DNA of 64,000 nucleotides from Rickettsiales bacterium (GTDB lineage Bacteria; Pseudomonadota; Alphaproteobacteria; Rickettsiales; UBA8987): NCBI GenBank assembly GCA_965222525.1, contig OZ244955.1, positions 640,140 to 704,139 of the forward strand, read 5' to 3'. Shown piece by piece: positions 55,772 to 64,000 of this stretch (position 1 is its first letter; each line of letters starts with the position of its first letter). The notes under the pieces were generated by a model. It saw only the letters and a program-made list of their open reading frames with translations, ran no database searches and was not told where the DNA came from. The position numbers and the translations under genes were made by a program.

Positions 55772-57742
55772 TTAGGCACTTTTCCTGTTTACATGCACCA
55801 TAAGGGCCATTACGGCGGCGGGGGTGATGCCGGGGATGCGGGATGCCGCACCGATTGTGGCCGGCTGTGTTGCGTATAATTTTTCCCGCACTTCATTGGA
55901 TAGACTTTTTATTTCATTATAATCCGTATTTGCCGGGATATGCAGGTTTTCATCCTTCCTGAACTGGCGGATATCAGCTTCCTGACGGTTTAAATAACCG
56001 GAATATAATGCTTCGATTTCAAGCTGCTGGATAATATCTGCCTGCCATTCTGACATATCACCGGCAGCATCCGGCCATATTTCCACCAGTTTGGAAAAGT
56101 CCACATCCGGATAGGCCAGTAATTGCATTGCACTGCGAGCCACTCCGTCCTGTGAGATATTTATCCCGTACTCGGTGGCTTGCTTCGGGCTTACTTTCAG
56201 TGAGTGAAGTGCCTCCCGTGCCGTATCAAGTGCATCCGCCTTCTCCTCAAACGTTACCCGCCGTTCCTCTCCGACAATGCCGGCCTTAATACCCTTATCC
56301 GTCAGGCGTAAATCGGCATTATCCGCCCGCAGGCTCAGACGATATTCTGCCCGTGAAGTAAACATACGGTATGGCTCGCTGGTTCCCAGCGTAATCAAAT
56401 CATCAATCAGCACCCCGATATAGGCCTCGCTGCGGTCAAGTGTGAAAGGCTCCCGGCCTGCCGCAGACAGTCCGGCATTAGCCCCTGCAATCAACCCCTG
56501 CGCCCCGGCCTCCTCATAGCCGGTCGTGCCGTTAATCTGTCCGGCAAGATAAAGCCCTGAAATCCTTTTGGTCTCGAGCGTATTGCGCAATTCACGCGGG
56601 TCGACAAAATCATATTCAATCGCATAGCCGGGGCGAATCATCACCGCATTCTCCAGCCCCCTGATATGCTTCAGAAGCGCCAGCTGCACATCCTCCGGCA
56701 GTGAGGTGGAAATCCCGTTCGGATAAATCGTATCATCATCCAACCCCTCCGGCTCCAGGAAAATCTGGTGACGCGGCTTGTCGGTAAACCGCATGATTTT
56801 ATCCTCAATAGAAGGGCAATAGCGCGGACCAGTGCCTTCAATCTGCCCGGAAAACATCGGCGCTCGGTCTATGTTATCACGGATAATTTTATGAGCCTCG
56901 GGAGAGGTATGGGTAATATGGCACCTTATCTGCGCCACTTCTACTTTTTCGGTTAATGTGGAAAACGGCGTGGGTATTATATCACCGGGCTGTTCCTCCA
57001 ATATATCCCAGTTGATAGTGCGGCCGTCTATGCGCGGCGGTGTGCCGGTCTTGAGTCTGCCCAGCCTGAAACCGGCAGCATCCAGAGTTTGCGAAAGCCC
57101 GTTGGACGGCGCTTCTCCCGCCCTTCCTGCTGGAACCTGCTTTTCGCCGATATGTATAATGCCGCGCAGGAATGTTCCGGTAGTGAGAACAATTCTTTTC
57201 GCCGGAATATGCGCGCCGTCCGCGGTTATAACCGCCTTGACCCGATTATTTTCTATGGATAAATCCTCAACCGCTGCCTCCACAACCTCCAGATTGGGGT
57301 AGCTGGTAATCATATCCTGCATGGCCTGACGGTATAATTTGCGGTCAGCCTGCGCGCGCGGACCCCATACCGCCGGCCCCTTGCTGCGGTTGAGCATGCG
57401 GTAATGTATGCCGGCACGGTCGATAACCCGTCCCATAACCCCGTCCAGCGCGTCAATCTCGCGTACCAGAGTGCCCTTCGCTACCCCGCCAATCGCCGGA
57501 TTGCATGACATTTCGCCTATAGTGTCGAATTTATGGGTCACCAGCAGGGTCTTCGCACCGGTGCGCGCAGAGGCAGTCGCAGCCTCACATCCGGCATGCC
57601 CCCCGCCTATAACCACCACATCATATGTTTCATTCTGAGCCACATCATTAAAGTATGTTAATAAACCTAAAATTTCTACTTTTAGTTTATTTTTGTCGTA
57701 ATCTTGTTTAGTGTGTTGCGTATAATCCACTTTGCAAGCCAT
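55772..57742 (-). CDS. mnmG: tRNA uridine 5-carboxymethylaminomethyl modification enzyme MnmG (GidA)
   Basis: [27 protein letters not shown] and a conserved C-terminal domain. The ATG at 57742 gives about 38 extra N-terminal residues relative to typical MnmG, so the true start is uncertain (a GTG at 57643 is possible). Confidence 0.92.
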   Translation of the reverse strand: MACKVDYTQHTKQDYDKNKLKVEILGLLTYFNDVAQNETYDVVVIGGGHAGCEAATASARTGAKTLLVTHKFDTIGEMSCNPAIGGVAKGTLVREIDALDGVMGRVIDRAGIHYRMLNRSKGPAVWGPRAQADRKLYRQAMQDMITSYPNLEVVEAAVEDLSIENNRVKAVITADGAHIPAKRIVLTTGTFLRGIIHIGEKQVPAGRAGEAPSNGLSQTLDAAGFRLGRLKTGTPPRIDGRTINWDILEEQPGDIIPTPFSTLTEKVEVAQIRCHITHTSPEAHKIIRDNIDRAPMFSGQIEGTGPRYCPSIEDKIMRFTDKPRHQIFLEPEGLDDDTIYPNGISTSLPEDVQLALLKHIRGLENAVMIRPGYAIEYDFVDPRELRNTLETKRISGLYLAGQINGTTGYEEAGAQGLIAGANAGLSAAGREPFTLDRSEAYIGVLIDDLITLGTSEPYRMFTSRAEYRLSLRADNADLRLTDKGIKAGIVGEERRVTFEEKADALDTAREALHSLKVSPKQATEYGINISQDGVARSAMQLLAYPDVDFSKLVEIWPDAAGDMSEWQADIIQQLEIEALYSGYLNRQEADIRQFRKDENLHIPANTDYNEIKSLSNEVREKLYATQPATIGAASRIPGITPAAVMALMVHVNRKSA

Positions 57743-57776
57743 TTATACTATGTCAAGAATTTTATTAAACAGCATC

Positions 57777-57881
57777 TTACTTCCCTATACAGAAACTTGA
57801 AAAAACCTTGTCCAGGATATCCTCGACACCTATAGTGCCGGTGATTTTGTCCAGCCATAGGAGTTCTCTTTTTGAAAGTTT
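57777..57881 (-). pseudogene. mnmE: remnant of the mnmE (trmE) 3' end: last 34 codons only
   Basis: The minus-strand translation KLSKRELLWLDKITGTIGVEDILDKVFSSFCIGK* carries the invariant MnmE C-terminal FCIGK motif. An in-frame TAA at 57884-57882 truncates it. It sits in the canonical position immediately upstream of mnmG. Confidence 0.7.
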
Positions 57882-57920
57882 TTAATAAGTAGGCTTAGCT
57901 GTGGATATAATTAATTCGTC

Positions 57921-58466
57921 CTAAAACATCCTCCAATATAAATACCCATATAACACACCGTAAGACACTAGGTTAATCATAAATATGGTGCTGCGAACAG
58001 GGGAGTGTCGAGCGTTATGTCCTAGCAATTTACTTAACTTTTTGCATTTGACGTACCATGCAATATAAAAGAATACAGCAGCAAAATATAAAAATGCAAT
58101 AGTTAGTACGGCAGGCTGTCTTGGGTCAATTCCACTGTTCCATACTACAATTGTTACAAAGATTCCAGTTGCGAGGCAGATAACAAATGCCCATATGTTT
58201 GCCATGAGCATTGTTTTGAATATACTGAAAAATTTTACATTTTTTAGTTTTTTGGTAATCCGTCCAGATAAGTTATTCAGTGCTACTGCCTCCCATAAAG
58301 TCATTAATATTGAACTGATTATAGGAATATAAATGAACAGAAAACGTTGAAATGACGGATCCATCAGTAGTATAGAGGAAAAAGCATATGCTGGGGTGCT
58401 TGCAATAAACAGCATAGCAGCAATAAGTGCTGGGAGATGTAAGCTATTTTGAGAAAATATTTTCAT
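57921..58466 (-). CDS. hypothetical polytopic membrane protein, visibly AT-rich gene
   Basis: About five hydrophobic helices and no recognisable family. It occupies the place where the body of mnmE would be expected. Confidence 0.45.
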   Translation of the reverse strand: MKIFSQNSLHLPALIAAMLFIASTPAYAFSSILLMDPSFQRFLFIYIPIISSILMTLWEAVALNNLSGRITKKLKNVKFFSIFKTMLMANIWAFVICLATGIFVTIVVWNSGIDPRQPAVLTIAFLYFAAVFFYIAWYVKCKKLSKLLGHNARHSPVRSTIFMINLVSYGVLYGYLYWRMF

Positions 58467-58645
58467 TATAATCTTTCCAAATTACGTTAGCATATAATTA
58501 CGCCATTATATACGACAGTGCTAAATCAGACTATCAAATACTTTATTTCAAAAAAAAACATTCATACAATCAATCTAAAATTTTGGAATTGCATAAAACC
58601 GCGATTTAGATTACTCTGCCTTACGTATAATTATGGGCTATATAG

Positions 58646-58972
58646 ATGAAAACCAAGAACGCACTTATAGCATTATCGGCATTGGCGCAGGAATCAAGGC
58701 TGGCGGTGTTCCGTTTGCTGCTTGAGGATGATTCGGAAGAAGGGGTGCCGGCCGGCGAGATTGCCGAAAGGCTTGGTGTGCCGCCTACTACCATGTCTTT
58801 CCACCTTTCCCAGCTTAAAACTGCAGGCTTGATAAAATCCAGCAAGCAGGGTAAATCTATCCTTTATTCCGCCAGCCGTAAAAAAGCCAAGAACCTTGCC
58901 AAATATATAACCGGCAAGGATATAATCGGCAGCGGAGTGCTTAGGAATCCTGATAAGAAATATCAATTATAA
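58646..58972 (+). CDS. ArsR/SmtB family transcriptional regulator
   Basis: LSALAQESRLAVFRLLLE...PAGEIAERLGVPPTTMSFHLSQLKTAGLI is a winged-HTH ArsR pattern. Confidence 0.8.
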   Translation: MKTKNALIALSALAQESRLAVFRLLLEDDSEEGVPAGEIAERLGVPPTTMSFHLSQLKTAGLIKSSKQGKSILYSASRKKAKNLAKYITGKDIIGSGVLRNPDKKYQL

Positions 58973-58973
58973 C

Positions 58974-59819
58974 ATGCCTGAAGATAACGAGAAAATAATA
59001 GTTGCGGCGTTTTACCGTTTTGTGGATCTGCCCGATTATGAGGAGCTGAAACAACCCTTGCTTGAGTTCTGCAAGTCACATGAAATGATGGGGACTATAT
59101 TGCTTGCCAGCGAGGGGATAAATTCCACTATTTCCGCTACCCGTGCCAATATGGATGCATTTTTCGCCTGGCTTGACCGTGATTCCCGTCTGGCCAATAT
59201 GGAACGCAAGGAGCATATCTGTGATTACAAGCCGTTTGAGCGGATGAAAGTGCGCCTGAAGCGGGAAATTGTGAGACTCGGGGTGGATGGGCTGGATTTG
59301 CGCGCGCGCGGGGAGTATATTGATTCCGGCGATTGGGATACGCTGATTTCCGACCCTGATGTGGCGGTTATTGACACTCGTAATAAATATGAGGTGCAGG
59401 TCGGACGGTTTGCCAATGCGATTGACCCTGAAACCGATGATTTCCGTTCATTCCCGCAGTGGGCTGAGGAGAATCTCGACCCTGGACGGCATAAGAAAGT
59501 GGCGATGTATTGCACAGGCGGGATTCGCTGTGAGAAATCCACTTCACTGTTGAAATCCATGGGGTTTGAGGAGGTTTACCACCTGAAGGGTGGAATTCTG
59601 CAATATCTGGCTGATACCGGCAATAAAAGCGGAGCCTGGCAGGGAGACTGCTTTGTATTCGACAGCAGGGTGGCGGTGGATAAGGATTTGCACCCTTCCG
59701 AGACTTTGTTGTGCAAATATTGCAGTACCCCGCTGACTACCGATGATATACGCTGGGGCGGTAATCAGAAGGGGGCTAGTTGTAACTCCTGTGCAGAGGC
59801 TCGTAGTGCGGTGGCATAA
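58974..59819 (+). CDS. trhO: rhodanese-domain tRNA uridine(34) hydroxylase TrhO (YceA/UPF0176)
   Basis: IVAAFYRFVDLPDYEELKQPLLEFC at the N-terminus and the rhodanese active-site loop MYCTGGIRCEKS. Confidence 0.85.
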   Translation: MPEDNEKIIVAAFYRFVDLPDYEELKQPLLEFCKSHEMMGTILLASEGINSTISATRANMDAFFAWLDRDSRLANMERKEHICDYKPFERMKVRLKREIVRLGVDGLDLRARGEYIDSGDWDTLISDPDVAVIDTRNKYEVQVGRFANAIDPETDDFRSFPQWAEENLDPGRHKKVAMYCTGGIRCEKSTSLLKSMGFEEVYHLKGGILQYLADTGNKSGAWQGDCFVFDSRVAVDKDLHPSETLLCKYCSTPLTTDDIRWGGNQKGASCNSCAEARSAVA

Positions 59820-60015
59820 TGTCATTCTGGGGCAGTTACGTGGTTAATTTTTCTTAACCTTCAATAACTTAATATGGCTGCAAGGTAAAAATCTATTTGC
59901 CATAGCCTGTTTTTTATGTTACTATAAAGCCACAATAGATAAATGTTTTTAGGTATGGATATTGCTGTTAATCTGTTGATTTTACAGGGATATTCAAAGA
60001 AAACAGGAGAAAATC

Positions 60016-60372
60016 ATGGTACAGGTAGTAAACCCGACAGCCTTACTGCAGGCTAATAAAGCTGCGTCTGCGAGCAATAATATCCGTAATCAGAATGTGA
60101 AGTTCGAAAGCGTGGTGCAATCCGCTTCTGCCACAGGTGGCTCTGCTGTGCCTTCTGCCTCAGCCGCTTCCACACCCGCGACAGTGGAAACCCTGTCCGA
60201 TCAGGCCATTGCAACATCGGTTGCAGCCCAGAATGAGCAGGCAGCATCCTTCGAGGCAAATAGCGACAATGTTGCAGCGCTTGAAAGAGCCAGTCAGGCC
60301 ATCAATAATGCTTACAGCCTTGGCAATAATCCCGCTGCACCGTCCAATACAGGCATAAATCTGAACGCTTAA
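60016..60372 (+). CDS. hypothetical low-complexity (A/S/N-rich) protein
   Basis: An AGGAGA Shine-Dalgarno sequence lies 6 nt upstream of the ATG. The composition is Ala/Ser/Asn-rich. No family recognised. Confidence 0.4.
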   Translation: MVQVVNPTALLQANKAASASNNIRNQNVKFESVVQSASATGGSAVPSASAASTPATVETLSDQAIATSVAAQNEQAASFEANSDNVAALERASQAINNAYSLGNNPAAPSNTGINLNA

Positions 60373-60464
60373 GGTTTAGAGTGCGTCACCACATTCTCCA
60401 TCTTGTGACGACATGCTCTAAATTATCTCTTGCAATCTTCCCACTATGTAGATACAATGTATAT

Positions 60465-60707
60465 ATGGATGTTAGTATCAATAAATGGGGCAACAGTCTT
60501 GCCGTGCGTATACCCAGCAGCATTATAAAAACTGTAGGCTTCTCCGAGGGAGACTATGCACGCCTTTCCATTGAAGGTGGGAATATAGTTATTTCCCCCA
60601 AAACCGGTTATAGACTGGATGATTTACTGGCTGGCATCACCCCGGATAATCTCCATACAGAAGAAAAAACCGGCCCGGAAATCGGCGCAGAGAAAGTGGA
60701 ATGGTAG
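60465..60707 (+). CDS. mazE: type II antitoxin MazE (AbrB/SpoVT fold)
   Basis: MDVSINKWGNSLAVRIPSSIIKTVGFSEGDYARLSIEGGNIVISP matches the MazE/AbrB looped-hinge pattern. It overlaps mazF by 7 nt. Confidence 0.8.
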   Translation: MDVSINKWGNSLAVRIPSSIIKTVGFSEGDYARLSIEGGNIVISPKTGYRLDDLLAGITPDNLHTEEKTGPEIGAEKVEW

Positions 60708-61039
60708 CATATAAGCCAAAGCGCGGGGATATTATCTGGCTTGATTTTGAACCACAAACCGGCTCTGAAATCAATAAACGCCGTCCTGCCCTTGTCCTGA
60801 CGCCGCAGAAATATAATACTCTGACAGGTCTGTGTATAGTATGTCCGCTTACTTCGAAAGTTAAAGGATACCCGTTTGAAGTAGAAGTGGAGGTGGAAGG
60901 TACTGAAGGTGCAATAAAATCCGACCAGGTAAAGAGCCTTGACTGGCGCAGGCGTAATGCCAGATTTATCACCAGGGTGTCCGGTGATGTTCTGGAGGAT
61001 ACTCTGAGCAAGATAAAAGCCCTGATTTTTCTGTCATAA
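60701..61039 (+). CDS. mazF: type II toxin MazF/PemK endoribonuclease
   Basis: KPKRGDIIWLDFEPQTGSEINKRRPALVLTPQKYN...CPLTSKVKGYPFEV is the PemK/MazF signature. Confidence 0.85.
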   Translation: MVAYKPKRGDIIWLDFEPQTGSEINKRRPALVLTPQKYNTLTGLCIVCPLTSKVKGYPFEVEVEVEGTEGAIKSDQVKSLDWRRRNARFITRVSGDVLEDTLSKIKALIFLS

Positions 61040-61732
61040 TATAGCCAGAATTTCCTTAACCGCCTGTGCAGGGTCAGGGGATTGGGTTATTGGCCGGCCG
61101 ATAACCAGATAATTCGCACCGGCCTTTATAGCCTGTGCAGGAGTCATAACCCGCTTCTGGTCTGAGTTTGTACTGTTTTTAGGTCGTACTCCGGGTGTTA
61201 CTAGTATAATATCCTTCCCGAAAGCCTTGCGTAACATAGCCACTTCATGCGGTGAGCAGACAAACCCGTCCAGCCCCTTGTTATCAGGAAGGGAGCGGGT
61301 AGCCTCGACCAGCCCTTTTACCCTGTCTTCCACACTGCCATCCATCCCGAGATTTCGTAGATCCGCTTCATTCATACTGGTCAGGACAGTCACTCCAAGC
61401 AGAATCGTATCGGAGCCGGCCTTGTTAACTTCATCCACAGCGGCTTTAACCATATCCCGTCCGCCACTGGCATGCAGGGTCAGCATAAACGGATTGAGCT
61501 TGAGAGCCGAACGCACCGCACCCGCAACGGTATTAGGAATATCATGGAATTTCAAATCAAGAAAAACAGGAGTGCCGGCTTCGGCCATCTGCGCTACCCC
61601 ATCCGGACCATTGGCTACAAAAAACTCCAGCCCCAGCTTAACCGCCGCTACCTGCCCCTTAACTGCCGTTGCCAACTCCTGCGCACGCACCATATCGGCA
61701 GTATCAATCGCACATATTACGGGGTTTTTCAT
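61034..61732 (-). CDS. pyrF: orotidine 5'-phosphate decarboxylase
   Basis: VFLDLKFHDIPNTV, LTLHASGG and LVTPGVRP motifs. Confidence 0.9.
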   Translation of the reverse strand: MKNPVICAIDTADMVRAQELATAVKGQVAAVKLGLEFFVANGPDGVAQMAEAGTPVFLDLKFHDIPNTVAGAVRSALKLNPFMLTLHASGGRDMVKAAVDEVNKAGSDTILLGVTVLTSMNEADLRNLGMDGSVEDRVKGLVEATRSLPDNKGLDGFVCSPHEVAMLRKAFGKDIILVTPGVRPKNSTNSDQKRVMTPAQAIKAGANYLVIGRPITQSPDPAQAVKEILAIL

Positions 61733-61747
61733 GCTTTGCCGGAAGCG

Positions 61748-63172
61748 TCAAACACTATAATAATTAACAAATTCAATGGGATGGGGAGAGTGCTCGAGAT
61801 CTTCTATCTCCTCCATTTTCAGTTCAATATAGGCATCTATCAAATCATCGGAGAAAACATCGCCTTTTTTCAGGAACTCCCTGTCATCAGAAAGCGCTTC
61901 CAGAGCCTCCCGCAGCGAGCCGGCGACGGTCGGTACATCCTTTAATTCCTCCGGCGGCAGGTCATACAGGTTTTTATCCATTGCATCACCGGGGTTGATT
62001 TTATTCTCAATTCCGTCAAGGCCGGCCATTAACATGGTAGCGAAAGTAAAGTAAGGATTGCCGGAAGCATCCGGGAACCGTACCTCTATGCGCTTGCCCT
62101 TGGGGCTGGCCGCATATGGTATACGTATCGAGGCCGAGCGGTTACGGGAGGAATAAGCCAGCAATACCGGTGCTTCAAACCCTGGAACCAGCCGCTTGTA
62201 ACTGTTGGTACTGGCATTGGAAAATGCGTTAATCGCCCTGGCATGCCTGATAATCCCGCCGATATAATGCAGCGCGGTTTCGGACAAGTCAGCATAGCCA
62301 TTGCCGGCAAACAGAGGCTTGTCATCCTTCCATACCGACTGGTGGGTATGCATTCCGGACCCGTTATCACCCTTGATAGGCTTGGGCATGAAAGTGGCAC
62401 TTTTGCCATATGCATGTGCTACATTATGCACGACATATTTATATTTCTGTACGTTATCTGCGGTTTCCAACAGGGTACTAAACTTGAAACCAAGCTCGTT
62501 CTGGCTCGGAGCCACCTCATGATGGTGCAGAACCGGCTCTATACCGACCTCACGCAAACCCACCATCATGTCAGCCCGCAAATTACTCATCGAATCTACC
62601 GGTGGTACGGGGAAATACCCGCCTTTCGGTTTCGGGCGGTGGCCGAGATTGCCGGTGAAATCGCCTTCGGTCATATAATCCCGTGCAGTGTTATACGGCC
62701 CTTCCACGGAGTCAACTTCAGCAAATGCACTATTCATACCGACCGCGAAACGAACATCCTCAAACACGAAAAACTCAGGTTCAGGCCCAAAATATGCAGT
62801 ATCACCAACACCGGAATATTGCAGATAAGCCTCGGCACGCTTGGCAGTAGAACGAGGGTCACGGCTATATCCCTGTCCGGTACTAGGCTCTACAACATCA
62901 CAGAACACTACCAGAGTAACCCGTTCCGCAAACGGATCAATAAAGGCAGTCTCAAGGTTAGGGGTCAGAATCATATCCGATTCGTTGATACTCTTCCAAC
63001 CGGCAATCGATGAGCCGTCAAACATCAGCCCATCACTCAGAATATCCTCACTCACACTGTCCGCAACCATGGTGGTATGCTGCCATTTACCCCTGGTATC
63101 GGTAAAGCGGAAATCAACAAATTCCACATTCTCACTTTCGACAAAACTGGTAAAATCCTCGTTACTAACCAT
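61748..63172 (-). CDS. glnA: glutamine synthetase type I
   Basis: [25 protein letters not shown] and the adenylylation-region NLYDLPPEE. Confidence 0.95.
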   Translation of the reverse strand: MVSNEDFTSFVESENVEFVDFRFTDTRGKWQHTTMVADSVSEDILSDGLMFDGSSIAGWKSINESDMILTPNLETAFIDPFAERVTLVVFCDVVEPSTGQGYSRDPRSTAKRAEAYLQYSGVGDTAYFGPEPEFFVFEDVRFAVGMNSAFAEVDSVEGPYNTARDYMTEGDFTGNLGHRPKPKGGYFPVPPVDSMSNLRADMMVGLREVGIEPVLHHHEVAPSQNELGFKFSTLLETADNVQKYKYVVHNVAHAYGKSATFMPKPIKGDNGSGMHTHQSVWKDDKPLFAGNGYADLSETALHYIGGIIRHARAINAFSNASTNSYKRLVPGFEAPVLLAYSSRNRSASIRIPYAASPKGKRIEVRFPDASGNPYFTFATMLMAGLDGIENKINPGDAMDKNLYDLPPEELKDVPTVAGSLREALEALSDDREFLKKGDVFSDDLIDAYIELKMEEIEDLEHSPHPIEFVNYYSV

Positions 63173-63455
63173 TTAATCCTCATTTCTGTGTGTCCTAAAT
63201 TAATATACAATATAGCCTCAGCCAACTATAAGTACTCCTTAACTTAGCTAAAAATATAGCGGTCAAGACAAAAATACAAGTATAAATAATCGTCAATCAT
63301 CTCCTGATGAGATAGTTGTCCAAAATCTAAACCTGAATGTCAACCTGTCGTTTTTACTTAAAAGCAGGTATTTTCGGTTGTTTTCGCTATTGAGTTCATA
63401 TATTACATTTGCCTAGGTGAGTACAGGAATTATCAAACAAGCAGGAATATCAAAA

Positions 63456-64000
63456 ATGAACATAGAGCAGGTTAAATCGGATAATCTCAAGCGGGAGTAT
63501 AATATTACCGTTGCAGGGGGGGATATAGAATCGGCGGTGGACAAGCGGTTGAAGCGTATGTCGAAGCGGGTGAAAATTGCCGGCTTCCGCCCTGGCAAGG
63601 TGCCGCTTAATATCGTAAAGAGCAAATACAAGAAGGATGTGCTGGGTGAAGTGCTGGATGATATGCTGCGTGACAGCTCACAGGAAGCGCTGAAGAAGGA
63701 GGAACTGCGTCCTGCGATGACCCCCAAGATTGAAATAACTGAATTTGAGGAAGGCAAGGATCTGAAATATAAAATGGAATTCGAGATTTTGCCGGAAGTG
63801 CCGGAAGTTGATTTTTCCAAAGTTAGAATAGAGCAATATGATATTGATGTTGGTGATGATGAAGTTGAGGCTGGAATCAAGCGGATTGCCGAGGGGCATA
63901 AGCATTTCCATCCTATAAAGGGTAACCGTGCGGCTAAAAAAGGCGATGCGGTTATTATTGATTTTAAAGGCTTTATTGATGGCGAGCCTTTTACCGGCGG
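63456..64000 (+). CDS. tig: trigger factor (N-terminal part; continues past the window end)
   Basis: Manual translation gives MNIEQVKSDNLKREYNITVAGGDIESAVDKRLKRMSKRVKIAGFRPGKVPLNIVKSKY...KKGDAVIIDFKGFIDGEPFTGG. GFRPGKVP and the D..IDF.G..DGE.F.GG motifs are Tig signatures. It is missing from the ORF track because it has no in-window stop. Confidence 0.85.
   Translation, partial: MNIEQVKSDNLKREYNITVAGGDIESAVDKRLKRMSKRVKIAGFRPGKVPLNIVKSKYKKDVLGEVLDDMLRDSSQEALKKEELRPAMTPKIEITEFEEGKDLKYKMEFEILPEVPEVDFSKVRIEQYDIDVGDDEVEAGIKRIAEGHKHFHPIKGNRAAKKGDAVIIDFKGFIDGEPFTG

Noticed and set aside
57882-57920. An alternative origin near mnmG (gidA), with a TGTGGATAT box at 57900-57908.
   Set aside because: There is only a single one-mismatch box and no cluster or extended AT tract. 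The hemE-adjacent region is far stronger.
60016-60372. The A/S/N-rich 118 aa ORF as the anti-sigma-28 factor FlgM.
   Set aside because: Only its size and low-complexity N-terminus fit. The C-terminal sigma-28-binding helices are not recognisable, so it is left as hypothetical.

Overview
The window reads as a chromosomal segment of a moderately AT-rich, alphaproteobacterium-like genome. Backbone genes are hemE beside a DnaA-box cluster, dsbB, coq7, addA, lipA, argJ, lgt, tamAB, atpHAGDC, trpE, queH, mnmG, trhO, pyrF, glnA and tig. I count about 60 protein genes and saw no rRNA, tRNA or CRISPR array. The backbone is heavily colonised by accessory DNA. (1) Every intercistronic junction of the F1 ATP synthase operon atpH-A-G-D-C carries inserted same-strand DNA: two cassettes of about 470 bp encoding four-helix-bundle (23S rRNA intervening-sequence / Avd-like) proteins, each bracketed by 22-24 nt inverted repeats; a SAM methyltransferase; a DUF4258/DUF2283 pair spliced in with TGATG stop/start overlaps at both ends; a ParB-like ORF; an orphan ORF; a BrnA-like ORF; and a 225 bp hairpin-terminated repeat. 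(2) Two families of highly structured intergenic repeats occur, one in three copies and one in two copies plus a fragment. Their hairpin arms differ between copies but stay self-complementary. There are also single-copy long palindromes and short word-like repeats. (3) There are four type II toxin-antitoxin pairs (HicAB, RelE/RHH, DUF4258/DUF2283, MazEF) plus an orphan BrnA. (4) An accessory island holds a cysteine-free 1150 aa orphan protein, an IS remnant, a pilin paralog and a TA pair. The 1150 aa gene shares a 33 nt upstream promoter-like motif with a 214 aa orphan gene inside the atp operon. (5) Decay signatures are a frameshifted MCP, a 34-codon mnmE remnant next to a low-GC membrane gene, and a truncated Mrp fragment. 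(6) A candidate oriC lies next to hemE. All functional calls come from reading the translated ORFs for family motifs; no database search was possible.
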